Assembly (NCBI GenBank): GCA_045576075.1
Contig: JAZNFQ010000008.1
Coordinates: 62,283 to 126,282 of the forward strand
DNA from: Clostridia bacterium
GTDB taxonomy: Bacteria; Bacillota; Clostridia; Monoglobales; Monoglobaceae
Reading direction: 5' to 3'
DNA length: 64,000 nucleotides
Shown: in pieces, positions 19,115 through 28,742 of the stretch
How the letters are laid out: every line of letters begins with the position of its first letter
Position numbering within the stretch: position 1 is the first letter of the stretch
Program-made: the position numbers and the translations under genes
The notes under the pieces: generated by a model
What the model saw: only the letters and a program-made list of their open reading frames with translations
Told to the model about the DNA's origin: nothing
Database searches by the model: none

Positions 19115-20002
19115 TTAAATAACTCTATCGTCGCCCCAGAAGAACAGCGCACAGGTTCCGGGACCTGAATGACTTCCGATTGTGGTTCCGATGCTGTATA
19201 TTTCGATATCGCCATTAATGTTCTTAAATCTCTCTTTTACAAGCTTCTTTATTTCCATAGCGTCCTCAAGGCAAGCGGAGTGAGAAATATAGCACTTGCC
19301 TGAGTAGTCAAGACCATCTTGCGCGTGTGCTTCCATTTTTGCAACAATTTCGTTTATAACCTTGCGCTTGGTGCGGATTTTATGACGCGGAATAAGCTTG
19401 CCCTCGGTGTTCATATTGAGAAGAGGACAAATACCAAGAATTGTTCCTACAACGCCCGCAGTCTTTGAAACGCGACCGCCCTTGATATAGAAGGTTAAAT
19501 CAGTAGAGAAGAACCAGTGATGCATTTTAAGGCGATTTTCGGTTGCCCAGTCATATAGCTCCTGTGCGGATTTACCCGCATCGCGCATATCTGCAAGAGT
19601 ATCGAGAAAAAGTCCGTAACCTGAAGATGCGCCGAGAGAGTCTATAATATAAATCTTGCGGTCAGGATATTTTTCCTCAAGCTCTGCCTTCGCAAGAAGA
19701 GCGGAGTTGTATGTGCCCGAAAGCCCGCTTGAAACTGTAAGATGAACAATATCGTTTCCCTCTTCAAGAAACGGGGTGAAATATTCTACATATTCCGATG
19801 CATTAACCTGCCAGGTTTTTGTGTCTGCACCATCGGCCATGCGTTTATAAAATTCATCAAAGGACATAGACTGCCCTAAATCGTCAAGATACTCGACGCC
19901 GTCTAAGCTATAGTGGAAGGATAAGTAGTGGATATTTCTTCTCTCGAAATGCTCGTGTGTTAAATCCGCGGTAGAGCAACCGCTTAAAATATAGTTTGCC
20001 AT
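19115..20002 (-). CDS. DegV-family fatty-acid-binding protein
   Basis: ~295 aa with the DegV pattern (YILSGCSTADL.., IIDSLGASSGYG). RBS aaaggtg before the ATG at 20002. Confidence 0.85.
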   Translation of the reverse strand: MANYILSGCSTADLTHEHFERRNIHYLSFHYSLDGVEYLDDLGQSMSFDEFYKRMADGADTKTWQVNASEYVEYFTPFLEEGNDIVHLTVSSGLSGTYNSALLAKAELEEKYPDRKIYIIDSLGASSGYGLFLDTLADMRDAGKSAQELYDWATENRLKMHHWFFSTDLTFYIKGGRVSKTAGVVGTILGICPLLNMNTEGKLIPRHKIRTKRKVINEIVAKMEAHAQDGLDYSGKCYISHSACLEDAMEIKKLVKERFKNINGDIEIYSIGTTIGSHSGPGTCALFFWGDDRVI

Positions 20003-20086
20003 AAATGTACACCTTTCTGTCCGCATAAAATATGTGAAAATATATTGGTCATATCCGCGGACTCGATATGACGTGAATTTAATTAA

Positions 20087-20932
20087 CTAAATTTTTATCA
20101 GTTTTCCAAGTATTGCAAATATTATAAATGCAATTATATAAGTGACAACCACAGTACAACCCACAGGGGTTGAAAGTATAATGGAGATAAGTGTTCCAAA
20201 CACAGAACAAAAAATCGAGAGCAGGGCGGAACAAATAACTACACCGCGGAAGCTTTTAAATATACGCATAGCCGAAACTGCAGGAAAAACAATCAGTGCC
20301 GAGGTCAAAAGAGAGCCTGCAAGGTTCATTGCAAGAACGATTATTATTGCGCCCAGCACTGAGAGCATCGAGTTATAAAAGCCGACTCTCACTCCTGAAG
20401 CGGAGGCAAAACTCTCGTCAAAGGTAACTAAAAATATTCTGTCATAAAACAGGATAAAGATTGCGGTTACAATTACGGAGAGTATCGCGCACACCCAAAC
20501 ATCAGAGGAGGAAAGGGTCAAAATCGAGGTTGAGCCAAATAAAGTTCCGCAGACGTCCCCGTTGATATTGGCAGACGAGGGAAAAATATTAAGCACTAAA
20601 TAACCTATCGCAAGCGCTCCCACGGAGGTCATTGCAAGGATGGAATCCCCTTTTATTTTCGTGATACGCGTAGAGCAAAGCATTAAGATTGCGCATACGA
20701 CTGTTATGGGCAGAACAACAATCATTTCGTTGTTTATACGAAGAACTGTTGCAATCGCCAAGGCACCAAAAGCTACGTGCGATAAGCCGTCACCCATAAA
20801 AGAGTATCGTTTTAAAACTAAAGTTACGCCCAAAAGTGAGGCACAGAGTGCAATCAGGGCACCTACTATAAGTGCATACTTGATAAAGGGGTAGCTTAGA
20901 TATTCAGACAATGTTGCAAATATATTATTCAT
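20087..20932 (-). CDS. znuB: metal (zinc-type) ABC transporter permease
   Basis: ~281 aa with 8-9 TM segments, ABC-3 family appearance. Operon with an ATPase and a substrate-binding protein (SBP). Confidence 0.75.
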   Translation of the reverse strand: MNNIFATLSEYLSYPFIKYALIVGALIALCASLLGVTLVLKRYSFMGDGLSHVAFGALAIATVLRINNEMIVVLPITVVCAILMLCSTRITKIKGDSILAMTSVGALAIGYLVLNIFPSSANINGDVCGTLFGSTSILTLSSSDVWVCAILSVIVTAIFILFYDRIFLVTFDESFASASGVRVGFYNSMLSVLGAIIIVLAMNLAGSLLTSALIVFPAVSAMRIFKSFRGVVICSALLSIFCSVFGTLISIILSTPVGCTVVVTYIIAFIIFAILGKLIKI

Positions 20933-21632
20933 CAGCATCACCCCCAAGCGCCGAGAAGGACTTGCAGGCGGGATGCCTTAAGTATTCGTCACTTGTACCG
21001 AAAAAGGTTTCATCGTTTCCAATATGCAAAATGTGTGTGGCGTATTTAAGAACTGATGAAATATCGTGAGAAACCATAATTATGGTAACATTTGATTCTC
21101 GGTTTATCTTGGATATCATTTCATACATCTCTGCGGTTGCAATAGGGTCAAGCCCTGTTGCAGGCTCGTCAAGCAGGAGAATATCCGACCCTGAACATAA
21201 AGCGCGGGCAAGAAATACCTTTTGTCGCTGACCGCCTGACAGCTCCGAGATACTTTTTTTTGAAAGCTCTGAAATTCCTAATCTTTTCATATTGTAGTCG
21301 GCAAGACGTTTCGAAGATTTGGAAAAAAATAAGTGGCGGCGCGCGGCGTTGCAGCCTGATAGAACAACTTCCCTTGCAGAGGCAGGGAAGTCAGGCTGAA
21401 CAAGAGGCTGTTGCGGCAGATAGCCTACCTTAAGTGCCTTTGTATCGAACTCAATTTTCCCTGATATGGGCTTGAGTAAGCGTAAAACGGCCTTAATCAA
21501 GGTGCTTTTGCCGGAACCATTCTCGCCTACAATACAAAGATAGTCGCCGTGGCTTAAGGAAAGGTTCAGGTCCTTTATTATTATATTGTTGTCGTAACCC
21601 AATGAAACATTGGTGCATTTGATGTCATGCAT
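20925..21632 (-). CDS. znuC: metal ABC transporter ATP-binding protein
   Basis: Walker A GENGSGKST, signature LSGGQRQ, Walker B LLLDEP. Confidence 0.8.
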   Translation of the reverse strand: MHDIKCTNVSLGYDNNIIIKDLNLSLSHGDYLCIVGENGSGKSTLIKAVLRLLKPISGKIEFDTKALKVGYLPQQPLVQPDFPASAREVVLSGCNAARRHLFFSKSSKRLADYNMKRLGISELSKKSISELSGGQRQKVFLARALCSGSDILLLDEPATGLDPIATAEMYEMISKINRESNVTIIMVSHDISSVLKYATHILHIGNDETFFGTSDEYLRHPACKSFSALGGDADE

Positions 21633-21656
21633 AAAAGTTACCTCTGTTTTTAAATT

Positions 21657-22634
21657 TTAGTTAAGTGCTTCTTTAAATATTTTAAGATTATCTGTCATAG
21701 CGGATAAATATGAAAGTCCGGAGCTTATCTCAGCCTCTGTTACCGATTGGAGAGATTCAAGAGATAAGGTTTTGATGCCTTCGGATTTCGTATTTAAAAT
21801 TACAGATTCATCAATATTTGAAATGCCGCCATCAATTGTCAGAACCGATGTCAGCCCTAACTCATCAATCTTTTCTGAAAGTGATAGAATAGTATCAAAG
21901 CTTGCATTTGTTTCTGTAGAACATCCGGGAAAGGCGGCATAGCATTTCAGGCCATAATCTCTGGCAAGATATGCAAACGGGTATCTGTCGGCAAAGACCA
22001 ACTCCTTATTAGCGGAACCCCCAATTGTTTCTGCGTATTCTCTGTCAAGGGCGCCGAGTAACGCCAGATAGATATTCGCATTATTATTATAACTATCTGC
22101 ACCTTCGGGGTCAAGAGTTATTATCTCTTCAAGAAGTCTTTTGCATAATATTTCGGCGTTCTTGACAGACAGCCATATATGCTCATCATACTCTGAAAGA
22201 TCAGTGTGATTATGTTGGCTGTGGTTTTGTGAATGATTGGCGGGCAGCAGAGCATCTTCGCCAAGCTCATTCATCATATTAAAGATGATTTTATCTGAAC
22301 TTGAAGAGCTTTTTACAATGTCCAAAAGTGCCTTGTCAGACTCTCCTCCTGTGAGAACAATCATATCACTGTTTGTTATCTTTATAATATCCTCAGCTGT
22401 TGGCTGATAGCTATGAATGTCTACACCTTTACCCAGCAAAATGGATACCTCTATGCCCTGGTTATAACCAACTATATTTTTTATCCAATCGTATTGAGAA
22501 AAGCCTGTGCATAGAATATTAAGAGAGGCAGAAGATGTGCCTTCAGGTGCAGGAGATGAGCATGCGCAAAGCGCAAAAAGAAGGACAGTAGCTATAAGAA
22601 GTGAAAAAGTTTTCAGAATGGGTTTAAACGTCAT
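21657..22634 (-). CDS. znuA: metal ABC transporter substrate-binding lipoprotein with a His-rich loop (zinc-type)
   Basis: Lipobox LFALCAC and a His-rich insert NHSQNHSQHNHTD. ZnuA/TroA-family layout. Confidence 0.75.
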   Translation of the reverse strand: MTFKPILKTFSLLIATVLLFALCACSSPAPEGTSSASLNILCTGFSQYDWIKNIVGYNQGIEVSILLGKGVDIHSYQPTAEDIIKITNSDMIVLTGGESDKALLDIVKSSSSSDKIIFNMMNELGEDALLPANHSQNHSQHNHTDLSEYDEHIWLSVKNAEILCKRLLEEIITLDPEGADSYNNNANIYLALLGALDREYAETIGGSANKELVFADRYPFAYLARDYGLKCYAAFPGCSTETNASFDTILSLSEKIDELGLTSVLTIDGGISNIDESVILNTKSEGIKTLSLESLQSVTEAEISSGLSYLSAMTDNLKIFKEALN

Positions 22635-22649
22635 TGTATTATTTACTCC

Positions 22650-23036
22650 TTAAGAAATTTTGTTGCAATCAGAGCATTTACCGAGCAGAATTGTCTGCAC
22701 ATCATCTACTGAAAAATTATTGTCCTGCATAATATTATTTAGTATATTTTCAGATGCCTTGTTATTCATATGAAAAATTTTACCGCAATCTGTGCATTTC
22801 ATATGGAGGTGGGCGCTGCAGTGTTCACAGGAAATGTATTGATACAGAAAAACACGTCCCGTATCCCCCGAAAACCTCTTAACGATACCATTTTCTATAA
22901 GTTTTGATATAAGCCTGTATATGGTGCTCTTGCCGACGGGAATTTCATTTGCAATTTCTTCTATTGTGTATGCTCTGTCGCAGTTCAGCTTTAGAAAGTC
23001 GGTAAGAAGCTGCTTTTGGTGAGTGTTATACTCCAT
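22650..23036 (-). CDS. zur: Fur-family transcriptional regulator, probably Zur
   Basis: 128 aa from the ATG at 23036. A winged-helix N-terminus is followed by CxxC...CxxC (CEHC, CTDCG, CSDC). First gene of the znu operon. Confidence 0.7.
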   Translation of the reverse strand: MEYNTHQKQLLTDFLKLNCDRAYTIEEIANEIPVGKSTIYRLISKLIENGIVKRFSGDTGRVFLYQYISCEHCSAHLHMKCTDCGKIFHMNNKASENILNNIMQDNNFSVDDVQTILLGKCSDCNKIS

Positions 23037-23191
23037 TTTAACAATCAACTCCAATTTGAGAATAACTCTCATATTATTATAACATTATAGAGTTTTTTGT
23101 CAATAGCGGCTATAAAATTTAATATTAAAAATAAACCCAAAACGCAAAAAGATATGTCTATATTTTAACAATCTAAATTTGGCATTTTTCC

Positions 23192-23220
23192 TTGACGCGT
23201 CAGCTTTTAAAGGGTATAAT
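23192..23220 (+). promoter_or_regulatory. predicted sigma-A promoter for the rnf operon
   Basis: TTGACG, 17-nt spacer, TATAAT. Confidence 0.6.
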
Positions 23221-23260
23221 TATTATAGATTTTTATATCCTGAGGTTAGGAGGATAATAG

Positions 23261-24592
23261 ATGAAAACATTTCATGGCGGAGTACATCCATGCGGAAATA
23301 AAGATGCCACAGCAGCAAAACCTATTGTGGACCTTGCCCCACCCGAGGAATTAATTTTTCCTTTTTCACAACATATTGGTGCACCTGCAAAACCTTGTGT
23401 GAGGCCAGGCGACAGAGTTCTTATGGGGCAGAAAATTGCAGAAGCAGACGGATTTATGTCTGCTAACATACATTCCTCGGTTTCAGGGACAGTTACCGCA
23501 ATTGAAAAAAGACTTCATCCAAACAGCTTTCCGACGGAAAGCATAATCATAGCCAATGATGGTATGGATGAGCAGGCACCGCTCATTGAAGGAAGCGGTG
23601 CGGACTTTAAATCCAAGTCGGCAAAGGAATTAATTGAAATAATCAAAGAGGCGGGAATTGTCGGTATGGGCGGTGCTACCTTCCCGACCCATGTTAAGCT
23701 GTCTGTACCTGATGGGGCAAAAATAGATTATATTATCATAAATGGTGCAGAGTGCGAGCCGTACCTGACATCGGACCATCGTGCTATGCTTGAAACCCCT
23801 GATGAGATAATAACAGGTCTTAAAGTTTTGATGCATATATTTGGGTTGAAGGATGGATATATCGGTATTGAGAGCAACAAGCCAGATGCTATTGGAGTGA
23901 TGAAGAAGAAGGCGGAGGAAGTTAAAGACTACAATATACATATTATTACCCTAAAAACCAAGTATCCTCAAGGGTCAGAGAAACAACTCATCAATGCTGT
24001 GAGTGGCAGAAAACTTGCTCCCGGTACATTGCCGTGGCAGAGCGGATGTATTGTAAACAACATTGATACCTGTGCTGCTGTTTATCGTGCAGTCATTAAT
24101 GGCTTGCCGGTTATAAAGAGAATTGTTACTCTTGGCGGTGATGCGATAATAAATCCAATGAATTACCGTGTAAGAATAGGAACGCCTTTTTCCTATCTTA
24201 TTGAGCAATCGGGCGGACTTAAGATTGACGCAAAAAAGGTTTTGATGGGTGCGCCAATGATGGGTACAGCCGTTCCGAACATAGAGGTACCTGTTATCAA
24301 AGGGACATCGGGCATTACTGCTTTTGGTGAGGAATCTGCAAGGCTTGATGAGGAATCTGTTTGCATCAGGTGCGCAAAGTGTGTATATGTATGTCCTATG
24401 AATCTTCAGCCAAACCTGCTTGATTTGGCAGCAAGACAGCATAATACAGACACTCTTGACAAACTGAATGTTACCGATTGTATTGAGTGCGGAAGTTGTG
24501 CCTATGTCTGTCCGTCAAAACGCAGACAGGTTCAGCAGATAAAGGTTGCAAAGGTCAAGCTTCGCGAAATAAAGACGAGAGCAAAGGCATAA
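23261..24592 (+). CDS. rnfC: Rnf complex subunit C
   Basis: 443 aa with two 4Fe-4S motifs (CIRCAKCVYVCP, CIECGSCAYVCP) and an NADH/FMN-binding region. Confidence 0.9.
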   Translation: MKTFHGGVHPCGNKDATAAKPIVDLAPPEELIFPFSQHIGAPAKPCVRPGDRVLMGQKIAEADGFMSANIHSSVSGTVTAIEKRLHPNSFPTESIIIANDGMDEQAPLIEGSGADFKSKSAKELIEIIKEAGIVGMGGATFPTHVKLSVPDGAKIDYIIINGAECEPYLTSDHRAMLETPDEIITGLKVLMHIFGLKDGYIGIESNKPDAIGVMKKKAEEVKDYNIHIITLKTKYPQGSEKQLINAVSGRKLAPGTLPWQSGCIVNNIDTCAAVYRAVINGLPVIKRIVTLGGDAIINPMNYRVRIGTPFSYLIEQSGGLKIDAKKVLMGAPMMGTAVPNIEVPVIKGTSGITAFGEESARLDEESVCIRCAKCVYVCPMNLQPNLLDLAARQHNTDTLDKLNVTDCIECGSCAYVCPSKRRQVQQIKVAKVKLREIKTRAKA

Positions 24593-24605
24593 CGGAGGTA
24601 TATAG

Positions 24606-25589
24606 ATGGAAGAGAAACTTATTGTATCACATCCCCCACACATCTCGGGGAGAAAAACCATAACAACAATAATGCTTGATGTTATAATTGCGTTGCTTCC
24701 TGCTTTGCTCGCGGGCTGTATAGTATTTGGTATGCGTGCTTTGATTGTGACAATGGTGTGTGTAATCAGTTGCGTACTGGCCGAACATATCTGGGAGAAG
24801 CTCTTAAAAAAGCCTGTTACCACAGACGATTTAAGCGCTGTCGTTACGGGTATGCTTCTTGCATTTAACCTGCCCGCATCGGTTCCGCTTTGGATGGCGG
24901 TTTTAGGCTCGGTATTTGCGATTATAGTAGTAAAACAATTCTTTGGCGGAATAGGGCATAATTTTATGAATCCTGCGCTTGGCGCAAGGGCGTTTTTGCT
25001 GGCTTCATGGGCACTTGCTATGACTACGTTTTACGAACCGGGAACACTTTTGCCGCTGTTTGGCGCTCCTGATGCCGTTTCATCTGCAACTCCGCTTGCA
25101 GCTTATGCAGAGGGGAGCACAAGATTTTCATATGCATCACTTTTTCTTGGAGGAGTGGGTGGTTGCATAGGTGAAACCTCTGCCCTTGCCATACTTATCG
25201 GTGCGCTATATCTGATAATCAGAAAGGTTATACGAATTCGTGTTCCGCTTATATTTATTGCTACGGTTGCTTTGGGGACATGGCTCTTTGCGGGAAATGC
25301 GGGAATAGGAAGCGGGGACCCTCTGTATCATATTTTGTCAGGCGGTCTTATGCTTGGTGCGTGCTTTATGGCAACAGATTATACTACATCGCCGACAACA
25401 CCAAAAGGACAGATTGTGTTTGCTTTGGGATGCGGAATTATAACCGTCCTCATACGCGTTTGGGGCGGATATCCTGAAGGGGTTTCGTACTCTATACTTT
25501 TGATGAATATTGCGACACCGCTTATTGAAAAGATTACGGCGCCCAAGCGGTTTGGATACGTAAAACCTAAGAAGGAGGCGAAAGCATAG
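24606..25589 (+). CDS. rnfD: Rnf complex subunit D
   Basis: 327-aa polytopic protein of the NqrB/RnfD family (ATDYTTSP flavinylation-site region). Confidence 0.9.
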   Translation: MEEKLIVSHPPHISGRKTITTIMLDVIIALLPALLAGCIVFGMRALIVTMVCVISCVLAEHIWEKLLKKPVTTDDLSAVVTGMLLAFNLPASVPLWMAVLGSVFAIIVVKQFFGGIGHNFMNPALGARAFLLASWALAMTTFYEPGTLLPLFGAPDAVSSATPLAAYAEGSTRFSYASLFLGGVGGCIGETSALAILIGALYLIIRKVIRIRVPLIFIATVALGTWLFAGNAGIGSGDPLYHILSGGLMLGACFMATDYTTSPTTPKGQIVFALGCGIITVLIRVWGGYPEGVSYSILLMNIATPLIEKITAPKRFGYVKPKKEAKA

Positions 25590-26188
25590 TGAACAAAAGC
25601 TCTTTTAAAGAAATAGGTATGCTTACGGCTAAACTCTTTCTTATATGTTTTATTGTATCAGGTCTTCTCGCTTTGGTTAATTCTGTCACCAAGCCTGTAA
25701 TCGAGGAAAACGAGCAGAAAAGCTTTGAAGAGGCAATGCAGCAGTTGCTTCCCGAGGCGGATAAGTTTGAGGAAATTAAGGATTTGGATTTTGTGCCGAC
25801 AGAGAGCGGGGTCAAACTTGAGTCCTTATATAAGGGTGTAAAGGATGGCGAGTCTTGTGGATATGTTGTAAGCACTGTCTGCTCAGAAGGCTATGGCGGC
25901 GACATTAATGTTATGGTCAGCGTAAGCCGGGAAAATAAAGTCGGCGAGATTAAAATTATGTCGATTAGCGAAACCGCGGGTCTTGGAGCAAGAGCCAATA
26001 CACCTGAATTTCTCGCTCAGTACAAAGGCTTAAAGGCTGAAATCAGTGTTGAAAAGAATAATGGCGGGAGCGCAGAAGAGAATACCATTTCTGCAATCTC
26101 GGGTGCTACTATAACAACAAAAGCTGTTACCAAGGCGGTAAATTGCGCGATTGAAGCAGCAGAGGCAGGGGGTGCGGCAAATGAGTAA
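25589..26188 (+). CDS. rnfG: Rnf complex subunit G
   Basis: 199 aa with a TM anchor and an FMN-binding domain (ISGATITT). GTG start overlapping the rnfD stop by 1 nt. Confidence 0.9.
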   Translation: MNKSSFKEIGMLTAKLFLICFIVSGLLALVNSVTKPVIEENEQKSFEEAMQQLLPEADKFEEIKDLDFVPTESGVKLESLYKGVKDGESCGYVVSTVCSEGYGGDINVMVSVSRENKVGEIKIMSISETAGLGARANTPEFLAQYKGLKAEISVEKNNGGSAEENTISAISGATITTKAVTKAVNCAIEAAEAGGAANE

Positions 26189-26828
26189 TCCTGAAAAGAA
26201 AAAGGGCGTTTCTGCTCTTGGGGCGTTTTTTAACGGATTGATAAAAGAAAACCCGACCTTTGTTTTAATGCTTGGTATGTGCCCGACGCTTGCGGTTACC
26301 ACGGGTGTGATTAACGGCATTGGTATGGGACTTTCCACAATGGCTGTTTTGATATGTTCAAATATTGTAATATCATTGCTTCGTAAATTCATACCCGGGA
26401 AAATCCGAATTGCATCATACATAGTAATCGTTGCAGGCTTTGTAACTGTTGTCGAGATGCTTCTCAAGGCTTATGCGCCTGCGCTCTCCCAAAGCCTTGG
26501 AATTTACATTCCGCTTATAGTTGTAAACTGCATAATTCTCGGACGTGCGGAAGCATTTGCTTCGAAAAACGGCGTTATTGCATCGGCGTTTGACGGGCTT
26601 GGTATGGGCATCGGGTTTACGGTTGCCTTGACGCTTGTCGCGTCTGTGCGTGAAATCCTCGGCGCAGGGACCTTTGCGGGAATACAAGTATTTGGCGATG
26701 GGTTTCAGCCCGCATCAATTATGATATTGCCTCCCGGGGCGTTCTTAACGCTTGGAATTCTGATTGCAATAATAAATGCTGTTTCAAAGAAAGTCAGAAA
26801 CTCAAAGGAGGCGGCAAATAATGATTAG
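26181..26828 (+). CDS. rnfE: Rnf complex subunit E
   Basis: MSNPEKKKG.. from the ATG at 26181. NqrD/RnfE-type TM pattern. The track start at 26151 lies inside rnfG. Confidence 0.9.
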   Translation: MSNPEKKKGVSALGAFFNGLIKENPTFVLMLGMCPTLAVTTGVINGIGMGLSTMAVLICSNIVISLLRKFIPGKIRIASYIVIVAGFVTVVEMLLKAYAPALSQSLGIYIPLIVVNCIILGRAEAFASKNGVIASAFDGLGMGIGFTVALTLVASVREILGAGTFAGIQVFGDGFQPASIMILPPGAFLTLGILIAIINAVSKKVRNSKEAANND

Positions 26829-27417
26829 TGAGCTTTTGGTTATTTGCGTCGGTGCAATATTGATTAACAATTTTGTGTTGGTGCAATTTCTTGGAATTTG
26901 CCCGTTCCTTGGGGTATCAAAAAAAGTAGAAACTGCAAGCGGAATGGGATTTGCGGTTGTATTTGTAATGCTTTGTGCATCGGCTCTTACGTGGGTTGTG
27001 CAAGAATATCTGCTAGTACCATTTAATATAGAGTATATGCAAACAATCGCATTTATCCTTGTAATAGCGGTTTTGGTACAGTTTGTAGAAATGTTTTTGC
27101 AAAAGTCGGTACCATCGCTTTATAATTCACTTGGTGTTTATCTGCCGCTCATTACCACTAACTGCGCAGTTTTGGGTGTTGCTCTCCAGAACATAACCAA
27201 GTTTGGCGGGGCGGAAATGAGCTTTATAAAGTCTATTGTTTATGGAACCTCGGCGGGACTTGGGTTCACACTTGCGATAGTTTTGTTTGCGGGGGTAAGA
27301 GAACGTCTTGAAAGTTCTGATATACCGAATTTTCTCAAAGGTATGCCGATTGTACTCGTTACGGCAGCCCTATTGTCAATCGCGTTTCTCGGCTTCTCGG
27401 GACTTAGCTTTCAATAA
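26821..27417 (+). CDS. rnfA: Rnf complex subunit A
   Basis: MISELLVICVGAILINNFVL.., NqrE/RnfA type. The track start at 26776 lies inside rnfE. Confidence 0.9.
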   Translation: MISELLVICVGAILINNFVLVQFLGICPFLGVSKKVETASGMGFAVVFVMLCASALTWVVQEYLLVPFNIEYMQTIAFILVIAVLVQFVEMFLQKSVPSLYNSLGVYLPLITTNCAVLGVALQNITKFGGAEMSFIKSIVYGTSAGLGFTLAIVLFAGVRERLESSDIPNFLKGMPIVLVTAALLSIAFLGFSGLSFQ

Positions 27418-27432
27418 AGGAGGGGCTTTGAT

Positions 27433-28224
27433 ATGACACAGATTATAATACCTGTTTGTATAGTAGGCGGTATGGGAATTTTATTCGGAGCCCTGCTTGG
27501 CATTGCTTCAAAAATTTTCGAAGTAAAGACAGACGAGAGGGTTCCGCAAATATTAGAGGCTCTTCCCGGTGCCAACTGTGGAGGTTGCGGCTTTGCGGGA
27601 TGCAGTGCATACGCAAATGCCTTGGTAGAAGGCGGAGTAAAACCTAATATGTGTCCAGTTGGCGGGGATGCTGTCGCAGCACAGATTTCTGAAATATTGG
27701 GTGTTGAGGCAGAAGTCTCCGAAAAGATGGTTGCACGTGTGCTTTGCAGTGGAACTCTCGACAGAGCCGTTCAAAAGTATACTTTTGACGGACCTCTTGA
27801 TTGCCATAGTGCCGCAAGACTTGGCGGAGGAGAAAAAATGTGCCCTCACGGGTGTCTTGGATTTGGCTCTTGTGTTGCAGTTTGTAAATTTGATGCAATT
27901 TCAATTCAGAACGGCGTTGCGGTGGTTGATGTAGAAAAATGTGTTGCGTGCGAGGCGTGCGCGATGGAATGCCCGAAAAAGATAATAAAGATTTTGCCTG
28001 CAAGGAGTAAATATACAATTTCCTGCAAATCTGTAGAAAAGGGTAAGACAACAAGACGCGATTGTGCGGTTGGCTGTATAGGCTGCGGAATATGCGCAAA
28101 GGCGTGTCCAAAAGAGGCGATTGTCGTAAAGGACAATGTTGCAGTTATCGACCCGATGAAGTGCGTGAATTGCGGATTATGTGCATCAAAGTGCCCGCAG
28201 GGGGCAATAAACAAGGTGGGTTAA
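27433..28224 (+). CDS. rnfB: Rnf complex subunit B (polyferredoxin)
   Basis: 263 aa with an N-terminal TM segment, a CGGCGFAGC motif and several CxxCxxCxxxCP clusters. Confidence 0.9.
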   Translation: MTQIIIPVCIVGGMGILFGALLGIASKIFEVKTDERVPQILEALPGANCGGCGFAGCSAYANALVEGGVKPNMCPVGGDAVAAQISEILGVEAEVSEKMVARVLCSGTLDRAVQKYTFDGPLDCHSAARLGGGEKMCPHGCLGFGSCVAVCKFDAISIQNGVAVVDVEKCVACEACAMECPKKIIKILPARSKYTISCKSVEKGKTTRRDCAVGCIGCGICAKACPKEAIVVKDNVAVIDPMKCVNCGLCASKCPQGAINKVG

Positions 28225-28253
28225 AATTAATTTATAAAAGTATATAAAAATGC

Positions 28254-28282
28254 TTGACAAAGTTTAAATAATGTAATATAAT
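28254..28282 (+). promoter_or_regulatory. consensus sigma-A promoter for the ylxM-ffh-rpsP operon
   Basis: TTGACA, 17-nt spacer, TATAAT. Both hexamers are perfect. Confidence 0.7.
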
Positions 28283-28355
28283 AAATATCTGTAAAGTGAG
28301 TTTGCTTTACAGATATTTGCTTTTTATGGTAAATCCGTGCCGTGGGGTGATGTTT

Positions 28356-28730
28356 ATGGAAAAGAATGTCAAGATGGGCTTGCTCTTTGATTTTTACAGA
28401 AATATGCTTACAAAACGGCAGATTGAGTGTGTGGATTTATACTATAATGAGGATTTGTCCCTCTCCGAAATAAGTGAGCATTTGGGAATTACCCGTCAGG
28501 GTGTGAGGGATAATATTGTCAGGGCAGAGCATACGATGTGTGACACAGAGGAGCGGCTCGGACTTGCGGCAAAGTTTTTGCGCATAAAAGAAAGGCTTGA
28601 AACTATTGATGATGTTATACGAGAGATAGAAAAGTCGCCCAACGTTAGATTTTTGTCTGATGATATAAAGCATAAAATAAATGATATACTTGTAATAATC
28701 GGTGACATAAACGAGGAACAGACCTTATAA
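28356..28730 (+). CDS. ylxM: YlxM-family putative DNA-binding protein (UPF0122)
   Basis: MEKNVKMGLLFDFYRNMLTKRQIECVDLYYNEDLSLSEISEHLGITRQGVRD. In the conserved position before ffh. Confidence 0.85.
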   Translation: MEKNVKMGLLFDFYRNMLTKRQIECVDLYYNEDLSLSEISEHLGITRQGVRDNIVRAEHTMCDTEERLGLAAKFLRIKERLETIDDVIREIEKSPNVRFLSDDIKHKINDILVIIGDINEEQTL

Positions 28731-28742
28731 GGAGGCGGGATT

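Noticed and set aside
23057-23071. TGAGA-ATAAC-TCTCA inverted repeat at the predicted zur transcription start, considered as a Zur box
   Set aside because: The arms are only 5 bp. It does not resemble the 7-1-7 Fur-family box (TGATAATNATTATCA type) or the TCGTAAT-N-ATTACGA Zur box, so chance occurrence in AT-rich DNA is likely. The nearby direct repeat TATAAT-G-T-TATAAT is promoter-like rather than operator-like.
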